Counted from the stretch's first letter, positions 18,575-28,912 are shown. The stretch: DNA of 31,715 nt from an uncultured Peptococcaceae bacterium (GCA_964407445.1 CAYOVS010000001.1:1182-32896), one strand, 5' to 3'. Notes: generated by a model not told the origin, from the sequence alone. Made by a program: numbers and translations.

Positions 18575-18694
18575 ACCGGCAAGAACCATTTTGCCCCGGA
18601 AACAGGGCAGGATAGCGCATCTGGGGCGAAGGGCAATTTCCTACTGTCTTGGTTTGCCTTATTGTCCTCAATCCGCAGGAAAAGAACCATATCC

Positions 18695-21286
18695 ATGGAT
18701 ATTTTGCATTTATTGGACAAAGAAGAAAAGCTGGGATATACCGATAGCGCAGTATTTGGCGGGTTATCGGCATATCTGGCTGCCCGTTCCCAGTTGGCAA
18801 ACGATCCGGCTCTGCTACAATTGGCTCAGGCCTATGGCGAGGCCGCTCTTCAGGAGCGGCCTCGCCTTTTGGCGTTGCTACGCGCCGCTGCCACGGCAGG
18901 CGCGTCTGCCACGGAACCGCAACAAGACGGCAACGGGGCAAAAACAGCGGCAGAGCGCACAGCGGCAATCTCCGGTGGGACACAGCAACAAGCCGCCCCA
19001 GGAGAAACAATCGGCCAGCAGTCTGCGCCGGAACAGCCCAGCAAAAGGGGGGATGCGCCCAAAGCGGTACAAAGCAGTGGGCAGCCTTGCCAACCAAAGC
19101 GCCAAGGCAGCAGCCTGCCCCAACGGAAAACCACGGGTGGCGCGGCGGCGCAAAGCAGCGGCGCCGCACCAGCAGAGGGTGCAGCGGCAAAGGCGGCGGC
19201 AGAGCAGCCTGTGCGCCGCAAAAAGCAGGCAGCAAAGCCTGCTGCCACCGGCGGCAACGGCAGTTTGGATACGCCGGTGCAGTACCTGAAAAGCGTGGGG
19301 CAGCGGCGGGCGGCGGCTTTGGCCAAGCTGGGCGTGCATACCGTGGGCGATTTGCTGCTGTTTTTTCCCCGGCAATATCAGGATTGGCGGCAAGTCACCC
19401 CCATCGGCAGCTTGCAGATCGGCGAAAATGCCTTGCTCCGCGGGCAGGTGCTGCAATGTCATCTTCAGCCCACCCGCAGCAAGCTTACCCTGCTCAAGGC
19501 GGTGCTGGCCGATGACAGCGGCGTGGTGTCGGCCACCTGGTTCAACCAGCGTTATCTGGAAAAAGAGCTGTATCCCGGGCGGGAGCTGCTGCTGCTGGGG
19601 CGGCTGGAAATTCGCTTTCGGGAGCCCCAATTTACGGTAGAGGATTTTTATTTTGCCGATCTGCCCGGGGCGGGGCAAAAAATCCAGCCCATCTATCCCG
19701 CCACGGAAGGGCTAAGCCAAAAAAATCTGCGCGCTTTGACGGAACAGGCCATCGCCCGCTACGGTACTTTGCCCCCGGAGCTTTTGCCCGACTGGCTGCT
19801 GCAAAAATACCAATGGCCCGGCCGGGCGGAGTGCATCCGGGAGCTGCATTATCCCACGGATTTTGACCGCTTGCAGCGATGCCGCCGCCGCATGGCCTAC
19901 GAGGAATGGCTGATCCTCCAATTGGCGGTGCTGCAAAGCGGCAATGCCCAGCAGCGCGCCGGGCAAACCCTGCACCGCCCCACGCAAAACGACGGGGCGT
20001 TGCTGCAACTGCTGGCAGAGGCGTTGCCCTATTCCTTGACCCAAGCCCAAAACCGGGTGATCGGCGAGATTTTTGCCGATCTGAACCGCCCCCAGCCCAT
20101 GGCCCGGCTGGTGCAGGGAGATGTGGGCTGCGGCAAAACCATGGTAGCCGCCGCCGCCATGCTCAAAACCTGTCTGGGCGGACGGCAAGCGGCGCTGATG
20201 GCGCCCACGGAGATTTTGGCGCAGCAGCACAGCGCCGGGCTATTGCCCCTGTTGCAGCGGTTTGGTGTGGCCGGCGCGGAGCTGACCGGCTCCACCCCGG
20301 CCAGGGAAAAGAAGCAGATTTTAAGCCAATTTTCCCTAGGCGAGCTACAGGTGCTGATCGGCACCCATGCCCTGCTGGAGGATCATCTGGTTTGGTTTGC
20401 GCCAGGGCTGGCCGTTACCGATGAGCAGCATCGCTTTGGGGTGCTGCAAAGAGCCAAGCTGGCCGGAGAGGAAATGGACACCCTGGTGATGTCCGCCACG
20501 CCCATCCCCCGCACTTTAGCCATGACCGTCTATGCGGATCTGGCCATGTCGGTGATCGACCAAATGCCCCCAGGGCGCAAGCCGGTGAAAACCTATGCGG
20601 TCAACTACAGCTATGAGCAGCGCGTCTATAATTTTATGGAAAAAGAGCTGCTAAAAGGAAGGCAGGCTTTTGTGGTCTGCCCCTTGATCGAGGAAAGCGA
20701 AACCTTGGATCTGGACAGCGCCAAGGCCTGCTTTGGCCGCTTGCAGCAGCGTTTTACCGGATATCAGGTGGGGCTGCTGCACGGCAAGATGAAGGCTGCC
20801 GAAAAACGGCAGATCATGGAGGATTTTCAGCAAAACCGGCTGCAAATTTTGGTTTCCACCACCGTCATCGAGGTCGGCGTGGATGTCCCCAATGCTACGG
20901 TGATGCTGATCCGGGACGCGGAGCGCTTTGGTCTGGCTCAGCTGCATCAATTGCGGGGGCGGATTGGCCGCGGCGGGGAGCAGGGATATTGCCTGCTGCT
21001 GCATAGCGCCGCCGGACAGATTGCACGGCAGCGGATGAAAACCATCGCCAGCTGCACAGACGGTTTTCAACTGGCGGAGGCGGATCTGCAGCAGCGGGGG
21101 CCCGGTGAATTTTTTGGCCTGCGTCAGCACGGCCTGCCCCAGCTTAAAGTGGCAGATCTGCTGCAAGATGGGGATTTGTTGCAGCAGGCCAGGGAGGACT
21201 GCGCCCAGCTTTTGCAGCCCGGCGCCCAGTATCCCCCGGCGCTGCAACAAGCCGTGGCGGAAAAGCTGCGCTATCTAAGCTCTTGA
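18695..21286 (+). CDS. recG: ATP-dependent DNA helicase RecG with ~190-aa N-terminal extension
   Basis: Core starts at SLDTPVQYLKSVG; LVQGDVGCGKT, MAPTEILAQQH, DEQHRFG, MSATPIPRT, TTVIEVGVDVPNA, QLHQLRGRIGRG and GPGEFFG-RQHG. Start placed at ATG 18695 (ORF track uses TTG 18662). Confidence 0.97.
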   Translation: MDILHLLDKEEKLGYTDSAVFGGLSAYLAARSQLANDPALLQLAQAYGEAALQERPRLLALLRAAATAGASATEPQQDGNGAKTAAERTAAISGGTQQQAAPGETIGQQSAPEQPSKRGDAPKAVQSSGQPCQPKRQGSSLPQRKTTGGAAAQSSGAAPAEGAAAKAAAEQPVRRKKQAAKPAATGGNGSLDTPVQYLKSVGQRRAAALAKLGVHTVGDLLLFFPRQYQDWRQVTPIGSLQIGENALLRGQVLQCHLQPTRSKLTLLKAVLADDSGVVSATWFNQRYLEKELYPGRELLLLGRLEIRFREPQFTVEDFYFADLPGAGQKIQPIYPATEGLSQKNLRALTEQAIARYGTLPPELLPDWLLQKYQWPGRAECIRELHYPTDFDRLQRCRRRMAYEEWLILQLAVLQSGNAQQRAGQTLHRPTQNDGALLQLLAEALPYSLTQAQNRVIGEIFADLNRPQPMARLVQGDVGCGKTMVAAAAMLKTCLGGRQAALMAPTEILAQQHSAGLLPLLQRFGVAGAELTGSTPAREKKQILSQFSLGELQVLIGTHALLEDHLVWFAPGLAVTDEQHRFGVLQRAKLAGEEMDTLVMSATPIPRTLAMTVYADLAMSVIDQMPPGRKPVKTYAVNYSYEQRVYNFMEKELLKGRQAFVVCPLIEESETLDLDSAKACFGRLQQRFTGYQVGLLHGKMKAAEKRQIMEDFQQNRLQILVSTTVIEVGVDVPNATVMLIRDAERFGLAQLHQLRGRIGRGGEQGYCLLLHSAAGQIARQRMKTIASCTDGFQLAEADLQQRGPGEFFGLRQHGLPQLKVADLLQDGDLLQQAREDCAQLLQPGAQYPPALQQAVAEKLRYLSS

Positions 21287-21337
21287 TGCAAAAAAAGAGG
21301 ACTTGCCCTTCTTTCTTGCACGTCAAAAAAGTTTTTC

Positions 21338-21366
21338 TTGACAGCCGAAGTTCGTTATGGCATAAT
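21338..21366 (+). promoter_or_regulatory. SigmaA promoter of the riboswitch-terC transcript
   Basis: TTGACA-17 nt-CATAAT with an extended -10 TG. Confidence 0.85.
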
Positions 21367-21373
21367 TATCCCG

Positions 21374-21463
21374 TTAAGGGGAGTAGCTTATAAGCAATAA
21401 AGTCAACATTCGACGCCTTTACACGCGTCTGGCTTTATTCTCCAATGGATAGCAAGACCTTGA
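21374..21463 (+). ncRNA. yybP-ykoY (Mn2+-sensing) riboswitch aptamer
   Basis: AAGGGGAGTAGC ... AATAAAG-TCAACA (P3/L3) ... GGCTTTATT ... GCAAGACCTT. Directly downstream of a promoter and upstream of a TerC gene, the canonical context. Confidence 0.9.
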
Positions 21464-21489
21464 TACCCCAGGGGTATCAAGGTCTTTTT
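21456..21489 (+). terminator. Riboswitch expression-platform terminator overlapping the 3' strand of aptamer P1
   Basis: GACCTTGATACCCC-a-GGGGTATCAAGGTC-TTTTT: 14-bp perfect inverted repeat plus T tract. Overlap with P1 implies an ON switch. Confidence 0.85.
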
Positions 21490-21700
21490 GTATCTATTCC
21501 CGCTATACCCTCTTAGCGCCGCGAAAAAAACGCCGCCAGATGCGATACACCGCTGGTTACGTTACCCGGCGGCGGCTGGCTTTTCGGGATGGGCTCGCCT
21601 ATTTGGATGCGGAGACACAGAAGCCAACATTGAGGAGGGATTCCCTATCTAAGCTGCAAAAATACTGTCACGGTGAAAACAACAACAAAAAGGAGCGTTT

Positions 21701-22540
21701 ATGGATCAGACAGTTCGCAAATCATTAAAAATGGTTGCTTTTTGGATGGGATTATCGTTGTTGCTATGCGGGGGAATTTATTTTTTCCGGGGCGGCGAGG
21801 CTGCACTGGAATATTTAGGTGGATATCTGATTGAGTTTAGCTTAAGCATGGATAATCTGTTTGTGTTCATCACCCTCTTTTCCGCATTTGCGGTGCCAGT
21901 GGCCTATCAGCATCGCTGCTTAACCTATGGGATTATCGGCGCAATGATTTTGCGGCTGGTCTTTATTTCTCTGGGCGTGGCCATTGTGGAAAGCTTTTCC
22001 TGGGTGCTGTACATATTTGGCGCTGTGCTAGTCATCAGCGGCATCAAAATGTTCAAAAAAGATGACGAGCAGCCGAAGGATCTGGCAGAAAGCAAGGTGC
22101 TCAAGCTGCTGGGCAAGATGATCCCTATTTTGCCGGATTTTGCCGGCGATCGCTTTTTTCAGCGGCAGCAGGGCAAGCTGTATGCCACGCCCTTGTTTGC
22201 GGTGCTGGTGATGATTGAGTTTTCCGATGTGTTATTTGCCATAGATTCCGTACCGGCGGTGTTTTCTGTGTCCACCGATCTGTTTATCGTCTATTCCTCC
22301 AACATCTTTGCCATACTGGGTCTGCGGCAGTTGTATTTTGTTCTGGAACATTTACAGGAGCGGTTTCGCTATGTACGCTACGGCGTGGCGGCCATTCTCA
22401 CCTTTACGGGGATCAAGCTGTTGGGGCTGGTGTTTGGGCTGCACATCTCCATACTGCTTTCCATTAGCATTATTTTCCTCATTTTATTGCTAAGCATCAT
22501 CCTCTCTTTGTCGTTTACCAAAAAACAGGTAACCGAATAA
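21701..22540 (+). CDS. terC: TerC/Alx family membrane protein, probable Mn2+ exporter
   Basis: YLIEFSLSMDNLFVF, GIIGAMILR, ATPLFAVLVMIEFSDVLFAIDSVPAV and SNIFAILGLRQLYF; AGGAG RBS. Confidence 0.94.
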   Translation: MDQTVRKSLKMVAFWMGLSLLLCGGIYFFRGGEAALEYLGGYLIEFSLSMDNLFVFITLFSAFAVPVAYQHRCLTYGIIGAMILRLVFISLGVAIVESFSWVLYIFGAVLVISGIKMFKKDDEQPKDLAESKVLKLLGKMIPILPDFAGDRFFQRQQGKLYATPLFAVLVMIEFSDVLFAIDSVPAVFSVSTDLFIVYSSNIFAILGLRQLYFVLEHLQERFRYVRYGVAAILTFTGIKLLGLVFGLHISILLSISIIFLILLLSIILSLSFTKKQVTE

Positions 22541-22569
22541 GCCCACTTCAATTATCTCTCTCAATACTC

Positions 22570-22619
22570 CCAAGAAACCGCAACCCTTCGTCCAACAGGG
22601 GTGCGGTTTTCTTGGTTTT
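22570..22619 (+). terminator. Terminator-like palindrome after terC
   Basis: CCAAGAAACCGCAACCC...GGGGTGCGGTTTTCTTGG followed by TTTT. Confidence 0.7.
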
Positions 22620-22754
22620 CTTAATAGAAAAAGGTTCCATAATTATTACAATTATAGTATAATAATTGTAGAAAAACAGCAAAATGTATCCTCTGTTCTT
22701 CTGCCCCTTAAGGCCACCCCTGAGAAAAATAGGACAACTAAAGGAGCAAAACGG

Positions 22755-25625
22755 ATGAAAGAGAAAAACACCAAATTTCTTACATATTGTATCACCGCCG
22801 CACTCCTTTTGTTTTTGCTCCTTTGCGGATATCTGTTGCTGCAAGTACTCTTTGCCGCCATCCAAAACAACGATGAGGAGATTGCCTTTGACCAGGATTG
22901 GCGTTACAGCATCGAGGGACAATGGCACACCTTGGGGCAGCTTCCCGTCTCCGTGTTGCTGGCGCCCGAGGAAAAGCTGGTGATTTCCCATATTTTGCCC
23001 GATCATATTGATCAAGGGTTCACCCTATACATCAAAACCAATTACCAGCAGGTATCGGGCAGAGTGGATGGACAATCCCTCAGCGGCAACAATACCATCG
23101 GCCTGTTCGACTGGAATTGTGCCGCTCCCTGGACCATCCTGCAAATTCCGGAAAGTCAGGCCGGGCAAAAGCTGATTCTTACCCTAAGCAATAACGGCAG
23201 CCGCAACGCCATCGAAATTGAGCAAATCTATTTGGCCGCGGCCAACGCCATCAACTATGTGCTGCTGCGGCAATCTTTAGGAACGCTGGCCACTGCCACC
23301 CTGTTACTACTCACCACCGTGTACATCATCTCCCTGTTAGCCTTTCTCTGTCGCCGCTATCAATCACAGAATTTCAGCAGGTTTGGCAATTTGGCTCTGT
23401 TCTTGCTGCTAAGCACCATCTGGATCCTTTCCCACGGCGATTTGCAGGGTCTGCTGGCCATGACCACCGACAGCTATCTGCCCATTCATCTTTTTGCGTA
23501 TTTGCTGCTGCCGCTGCCGCTGCTATGGGCAATTCGCGGCTTTGCCACCAAGGGCAAATGGGCGCTGGAGCTGCTGGCCGCATTGTTTTTGCTCCATGGC
23601 GGCATAGCGATTTTCCGGGTATTTACCGGCAGCTTTTCCCTGGCTTTTACCCTGCTCTGCAATCATTTGCTGCTGGCGCTGACAGTAATCGTGGTACTGG
23701 CAATCTACATTATTAATTTGCGCTTGCAAAAAGATTGGGCCGATACAATTACATTTTTCTGTTCTTTGCTGCTGACAATTTTGCTTTTCTTGCAAACCAT
23801 TCTTTGCTATTTAGGCCCTTCCGCCAGAAACAGCCATTTATTTAGCTACGGCCTGTTGCTTTTGATTTTGCTGCTGTCCATCTATGTCAGTTACAAGGCG
23901 CTGTCTTTATTTAAACGCAGCCAAAGCTTTGAACAGCTCAGTCAAAATATCCCCGGGGGGATCTGCTGTCTGAAAAGCAAGGATACCCCCACACTAACCA
24001 TTCAGTTTGCCAACGATTATTGCTACGCCATGTTTGGCTACACCAGACAAGAGGCTCTTGCGCTGGGTTTTGATTCTCTGGATTTTTTGATGCGGCAAGC
24101 CAATAGCCAAGAATTCCGCCGCACGCTCAACCAGGCCCGTCGGGAGGGGAAGCGGCAAATCGAAACGGAGCTGAAGCTCACCGCCAAGGATGGCAATCTC
24201 ATCTGGATTTTGCTGCGGGGACAGTTGGAGCCGGATGGCAGCATCACGGCGATGCTGATGGATATTACCGACCGACAAAAAGCCTATGAGCAGCTGCGGA
24301 TCAACGAGGAAGAATATCGGATCGCCGTTTCTCATAGTGGCAAGATGATTCACCGCTACGACATTCCCGGCAAAACCCTATATCTTTCCCCCCAATCGGC
24401 AGAGCTGTTTGGTTTGGAGCTGATTATGCGTGATGCGCCGGAAAGCATCATTGCGGCAGGCTCGGTGGCCAAAGAAAGCATCAACGATTACCGGCAGTTC
24501 TTTGACGCCATGGCACTGGGTCAAAACAGCGGCGAAACGGCGATCCTGCGCAAAATCAAAGGCGGCCGCCGGGTTTGGCATCATGCTTCCTACACGCTGA
24601 TCCGGGATCAGGAAGATCGGCCCGCTTCGGCGGTGATTTCCTTTGAAGATATCACCCAGCTGCGGGAAAAAGAGCTGGCCTACGAGAAATGGCGGCAAAA
24701 TTACGAGGCACTGCCGGAGCAAACCATCAACTACTACGAATACAATCTTACGGATGATATCTTTGAGCGGGAGGAGGGCAGCATGCTGCCCCGGGTACCG
24801 GCGGAGGTGCCCCGCACCCTGTCGGCCATCGCCCAATATACCGCCGACAATTACGCTTACCCTGCCGACCGGCAACGGTTTTTGAACTTTTATGACCGCA
24901 ACCGGCTGCTGGATTGCTACAACCGGGGCATCCGCGGCGATAAAATGGAATGCCGCCGCTTGGGGTCAAAGGGCGAACCCTTGTGGACGCAGGCCAGCGT
25001 GCAGTTGATTCCCGATCCCTATTCCGCAGATATCAAGAGTTTTATTCTCTTGGAAGATATCCACGAGCAAAAACAAGCGGAGCTCCTGCTGGAAGCCCGC
25101 TCCCGGCAGGATGCGCTGACCGGCCTGCTCAATCGCCGGGTGTTCGAGGAGCAGTTTACCGCCTTGCTGCAAACCAATCCCCAAGCGCACCATGGGCTGA
25201 TCCTCATGGATATCGACAACTTTAAACAAGTGAACGATTCGCTGGGACATCAGGCAGGAGACGCGGTTTTGCTGGGCATTGCCAACAAACTGAAATTTGC
25301 GCTGCGCAGCGACGATCTTTGCGGCCGTCTAGGCGGAGATGAATTTATTATGGTACTCAAAAACATCCACGATGAACAGGCATTGGCGCAAAAGCTTTCC
25401 TATTTGTGCCGTTTGGTGCAGGATCAGCGGGGGGATGTAGCTATTTCCGGTAGCTTTGGTTTGGCCTGCCATCCCGGGGACGGCAAGAACTTTGCCCAGC
25501 TATATCGCTGTGCCGATATGGCGTTATATCAGGCAAAAGCCAAGGGGCGCGGTTGCTTTGTCCGCTATCAAAGCTGGATGCAAACCGAGGATTGGCAGCC
25601 GCAGGACAATACGCCGATTGATTAA
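22755..25625 (+). CDS. Membrane sensor diguanylate cyclase (extracellular domain, ~7 TM, PAS domains, GGDEF)
   Basis: N-terminal TM, ~150-aa extracytoplasmic region, run of TM helices, PAS-like segments (FANDYCYAMFGYT...MDITD; HRYDIP...FEDIT). C-terminal DALTGLLNRR, MDIDNFKQVNDSLGHQAGD and RSDDLCGRLGGDEF (intact GGDEF plus RxxD I-site). Confidence 0.93.
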   Translation: MKEKNTKFLTYCITAALLLFLLLCGYLLLQVLFAAIQNNDEEIAFDQDWRYSIEGQWHTLGQLPVSVLLAPEEKLVISHILPDHIDQGFTLYIKTNYQQVSGRVDGQSLSGNNTIGLFDWNCAAPWTILQIPESQAGQKLILTLSNNGSRNAIEIEQIYLAAANAINYVLLRQSLGTLATATLLLLTTVYIISLLAFLCRRYQSQNFSRFGNLALFLLLSTIWILSHGDLQGLLAMTTDSYLPIHLFAYLLLPLPLLWAIRGFATKGKWALELLAALFLLHGGIAIFRVFTGSFSLAFTLLCNHLLLALTVIVVLAIYIINLRLQKDWADTITFFCSLLLTILLFLQTILCYLGPSARNSHLFSYGLLLLILLLSIYVSYKALSLFKRSQSFEQLSQNIPGGICCLKSKDTPTLTIQFANDYCYAMFGYTRQEALALGFDSLDFLMRQANSQEFRRTLNQARREGKRQIETELKLTAKDGNLIWILLRGQLEPDGSITAMLMDITDRQKAYEQLRINEEEYRIAVSHSGKMIHRYDIPGKTLYLSPQSAELFGLELIMRDAPESIIAAGSVAKESINDYRQFFDAMALGQNSGETAILRKIKGGRRVWHHASYTLIRDQEDRPASAVISFEDITQLREKELAYEKWRQNYEALPEQTINYYEYNLTDDIFEREEGSMLPRVPAEVPRTLSAIAQYTADNYAYPADRQRFLNFYDRNRLLDCYNRGIRGDKMECRRLGSKGEPLWTQASVQLIPDPYSADIKSFILLEDIHEQKQAELLLEARSRQDALTGLLNRRVFEEQFTALLQTNPQAHHGLILMDIDNFKQVNDSLGHQAGDAVLLGIANKLKFALRSDDLCGRLGGDEFIMVLKNIHDEQALAQKLSYLCRLVQDQRGDVAISGSFGLACHPGDGKNFAQLYRCADMALYQAKAKGRGCFVRYQSWMQTEDWQPQDNTPID

Positions 25626-25672
25626 GGACAGGCAACCTTCTCATTTTGATCAAAGGTAAGGAGGGATTTGAG

Positions 25673-28600
25673 ATGAAACCTTTACAAAGGCGTCATCCGC
25701 TGGGTTTGATGCTGCTTTGTCTGGCTGTACTTTGGCTCTTTTTGTTTTGCGCATTGCCTGTATTTGCGGCAGAAGCCCAGGACACGCTGAAGGTGGCCTG
25801 GTTTAGCCAGCCCGGCTATCAAGAACTGGATCAGGCTGGCAATCCCTATGGCTACAATTACGAATATCTTAAAACCATCTCCCGCTATACCGGCTGGCAG
25901 TATCAGTTTGTGACGGAACGAGAAGGACAGCCCCTCAACTGGGCCTATGCCCTGCAAATGCTGGAAAACGGCCAACTGGATCTGATAGGGTGCTTGTTGT
26001 ATACGGAGGAACGGGCGCAAAGCTATGATTTTCCCGCCTTAAGCGCGGGACAAATGACCTCCACCTTGTTCGTCAAAAACGACAGCCCTCTGGCTACCGG
26101 CGATTTTGCCAGCTTTGACGGAATCGCTGTCGCAGCGATGACCTCCACCCGCAACGATGATGATTTGCGCAGCTTTGCCGCCGAAAACGGCTTTACCGTT
26201 GGCAGCATTTTGGATTGTAAAACCAGCGATGAGGTGATCGGTGCGGTGCTAAGCGGCCGGAGCGACGCCGGGGTGCTGGGCAGCTATCGGCCCTCCGACA
26301 AAACCAGAATTGTAGCAAAATTTGCCCCGCAAAACTTCTATTTTGCCACCACCAAAGGGAATCAATCGGTGCTGACCGGGCTAAACCGGGCTTTAAACTC
26401 TATCCAGACCGCCAATTCCTATTTTAACATGGAGCTTTCGGAAAAATATGCGCAAAACGAAAGGCAGTATATTACCCTTTCCCAAGAGGAAAAGGATTTT
26501 GTGGCGGAAAATCCTCAAGTTCGGGTCGTATATCCTGCAAATTGGCAGCCATTATTCAATTATGATAAAGAGAAAGATCAGTATTCCGGTGTACTGGCGG
26601 ATATTTTTGCCTTGATCAGCAAAAGCACCGGGCTGACCTTTACCTATTTGCAGGCGGAAGATACGCAGCAGGCATTGAAGCTGCTACAACAGGGGAAAGC
26701 AGATTTGCTTGCCGCCTTTGATTATAATTTTACCACCGCAGAAGAAAATCAGCTTTTGCTTACCGGCACTTATCTGTCTTTGCCCATGAACCTGGTGCAA
26801 AAAAGCACAGGCGCGGAGATTCGCTCCATCGCCACCAACAATTATGACGCTTTCCGCAATGGCGCCATCGATTTGCTGGCCGGAGAACTGGTTTACTATC
26901 CAACCCCGGAAAGCTGCTTTGCAGCCCTGATCCAGGGCGAGGTGGAACAGGTGCTGACCAATGCGTACGCCGCCAATTATTATTGCAGTCAAAACCGCTA
27001 TCAGGATTTAGTCTTTTCCAATTTGCAGGGAGGAAACTGCAACATCTGTATTGCCCTGCCCCAAAGCAGCCAACAGGCGCAGATCTTACTCTCTATTCTG
27101 GATAAAGCCATCGACTCCATCAGCAATACGGATATTAACGATATTCTGGCTCACAATTCTCAGGCGGGGCAGGAGCTGCTGGACATCAGCAGCATCATCA
27201 GCCGGCATCCGCTGGCCACCTTTACGCTACTGCTTCTGCTATTCGCCGCAACTGTCAGCGGCATCGCCCTGCTGTCTGCCAACCACCGTCTGAGCGAGCA
27301 AGCCCGCAGCAATGAATTTTCCCGCTTTATTTCCGCCGTTTGCAAAGCCAATGATCAGGTAAGCGAAATTGATATTGCGCAAAAGCTGCAGTATCGGTAT
27401 ACTCTAGAGGATGGTAAAACCGTGCGGCAGGTGGAAGCCTATGTGCCGGAACGGCTGCTGGAACAGGTACATCCCCAAGACAGGCAACAGGCAGAGGAGC
27501 ACTTACAGTATCACCATTTGATTGCCCTGATCAACGAATCCCGGGAAGAATATTTTTCCTGCCGCAGCCGAACGCCGGAAGGTAAGTATCGCTGGTACAG
27601 CTATCTATTGCAGGGCATGACCCGCGATCAGGCTCATCCCAGCAGCATTATGCTCTATAAGCGGGATATTGATGTGGATAAAAACCGGGAGGAACAGCAA
27701 AAGCACTTGCTGGAAGATTCTCTGGCGGTATCCGAACAAGCCAATTTAGCAAAAAAGCAATTTTTATCCCAGGCTTCTCACGAAATACGCACTCCTTTAA
27801 ACGCCATTATCGGCTATTTGTCTCTCTCCCAAAAATGCGGCCAACCAGAGAAAGCCACAGAGTACATCCTCCGCGCCCAGCAGGCCACCCAGCATTTGTT
27901 GGCGCTGGTCAACGATATTTTAGATATGTCCGCCATCGAAAGCGGCAAACTCCAACCGGAATACAGCAGCTTCTCTTTGGCGGCATTGGTCGATGAGCTA
28001 AAGGGGATGATACAGCCCCAATGTCAGGCAAAAGGACTGGATTTTCGGCTTTTATGTCAGGAAATCACCGTGGACCGGCTCTGGGGAGACCCGCTGCGGC
28101 TAAAACAGATCCTTATCAACCTGCTGTCCAACGCGATCAAATTTACCGAAACCGGCGGCCGCATCAACCTGTCGATGCAGCAAACGGCTTTGGACGAACA
28201 ACAGGTGTTTCTGCGCTTTGCAGTGCAGGATACTGGCATCGGCATCAAAAAAGACTTTATCGACCGGCTGTTTTCCCCCTTTGTGCAGCAAAACAGCTCC
28301 GCCGCCCAAAGCAACGGTGGCGTGGGGCTGGGGCTTTATATTGCCAAAAGCTTGGTGGAAATGATGGGTGGCCAAATGTATGTGGTCAGCGAACCCGGCG
28401 AAGGCTCTCTGTTTACCGTGGATCTTCGCTTTGCATTAGAGGATCGGCAAACAGAGCCGGACAACACCAACCAGCACCAGGATGATCCGCAGCCCATAAG
28501 CCAAGACTGTTTTAAAGGGAAAAGGCTACTGCTGGCAGAAGATAACTTTATGAACATGGAAATTGCCACGGAAATTCTCCAATCGGTAGGCTTTGCCATA

Positions 28601-28912
28601 GACCCCGCCAAAAATGGCAAAGAAGCGGTGGGGCTCTTTACCCACTCCGTACCCGGCACCTATCAGGCTATTTTGATGGATGTGCAAATGCCGGTGCTGG
28701 ACGGCCTGGCCGCCACCAAGGAAATCCGCGCTTCTGATCACCCGGACGCAGCCTCCATCCCGATTATTGCCATGACGGCCAACGCTTTTGCCGAGGATAT
28801 CAACAAATCCATCGCCAGCGGGATGAACGCCCATATCTCCAAGCCCTTTGACAGCCAGCTTTTGTTGGCTTGCCTGGCCAAATATATCAATCGACGGGAG
28901 GAATCACGATGA
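25673..28912 (+). CDS. Hybrid sensor histidine kinase/receiver with two periplasmic-binding (Venus flytrap) domains, BvgS/EvgS-like
   Basis: Signal/TM, two PBP-type domains (GYNYEYLKTISRYTGW; GVLADIFALISKSTGL), TM, H-box SHEIRTPLNAI, N-box QILINLLSNAIKFT, DTGIGI, GLGLYI, and receiver LLAEDN...LMDVQMPVLDG...AMTANAF...HISKP. AGGAGG RBS before ATG 25673. Confidence 0.94.
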   Translation: MKPLQRRHPLGLMLLCLAVLWLFLFCALPVFAAEAQDTLKVAWFSQPGYQELDQAGNPYGYNYEYLKTISRYTGWQYQFVTEREGQPLNWAYALQMLENGQLDLIGCLLYTEERAQSYDFPALSAGQMTSTLFVKNDSPLATGDFASFDGIAVAAMTSTRNDDDLRSFAAENGFTVGSILDCKTSDEVIGAVLSGRSDAGVLGSYRPSDKTRIVAKFAPQNFYFATTKGNQSVLTGLNRALNSIQTANSYFNMELSEKYAQNERQYITLSQEEKDFVAENPQVRVVYPANWQPLFNYDKEKDQYSGVLADIFALISKSTGLTFTYLQAEDTQQALKLLQQGKADLLAAFDYNFTTAEENQLLLTGTYLSLPMNLVQKSTGAEIRSIATNNYDAFRNGAIDLLAGELVYYPTPESCFAALIQGEVEQVLTNAYAANYYCSQNRYQDLVFSNLQGGNCNICIALPQSSQQAQILLSILDKAIDSISNTDINDILAHNSQAGQELLDISSIISRHPLATFTLLLLLFAATVSGIALLSANHRLSEQARSNEFSRFISAVCKANDQVSEIDIAQKLQYRYTLEDGKTVRQVEAYVPERLLEQVHPQDRQQAEEHLQYHHLIALINESREEYFSCRSRTPEGKYRWYSYLLQGMTRDQAHPSSIMLYKRDIDVDKNREEQQKHLLEDSLAVSEQANLAKKQFLSQASHEIRTPLNAIIGYLSLSQKCGQPEKATEYILRAQQATQHLLALVNDILDMSAIESGKLQPEYSSFSLAALVDELKGMIQPQCQAKGLDFRLLCQEITVDRLWGDPLRLKQILINLLSNAIKFTETGGRINLSMQQTALDEQQVFLRFAVQDTGIGIKKDFIDRLFSPFVQQNSSAAQSNGGVGLGLYIAKSLVEMMGGQMYVVSEPGEGSLFTVDLRFALEDRQTEPDNTNQHQDDPQPISQDCFKGKRLLLAEDNFMNMEIATEILQSVGFAIDPAKNGKEAVGLFTHSVPGTYQAILMDVQMPVLDGLAATKEIRASDHPDAASIPIIAMTANAFAEDINKSIASGMNAHISKPFDSQLLLACLAKYINRREESR

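Noticed and set aside
18890-19260. Intein or mobile insertion in recG
   Set aside because: No Cys/Ser...His-Asn splice motifs or homing endonuclease; the segment is low-complexity and N-terminal rather than inside a conserved motif.
21287-21330. Possible recG terminator (AAAAGAGG...CCTTCTTT)
   Set aside because: The stem is short and imperfect; not enough support to call.
21540-21728. 62-aa ORF overlapping the terC start
   Set aside because: No RBS or recognisable motif; treated as leader sequence.
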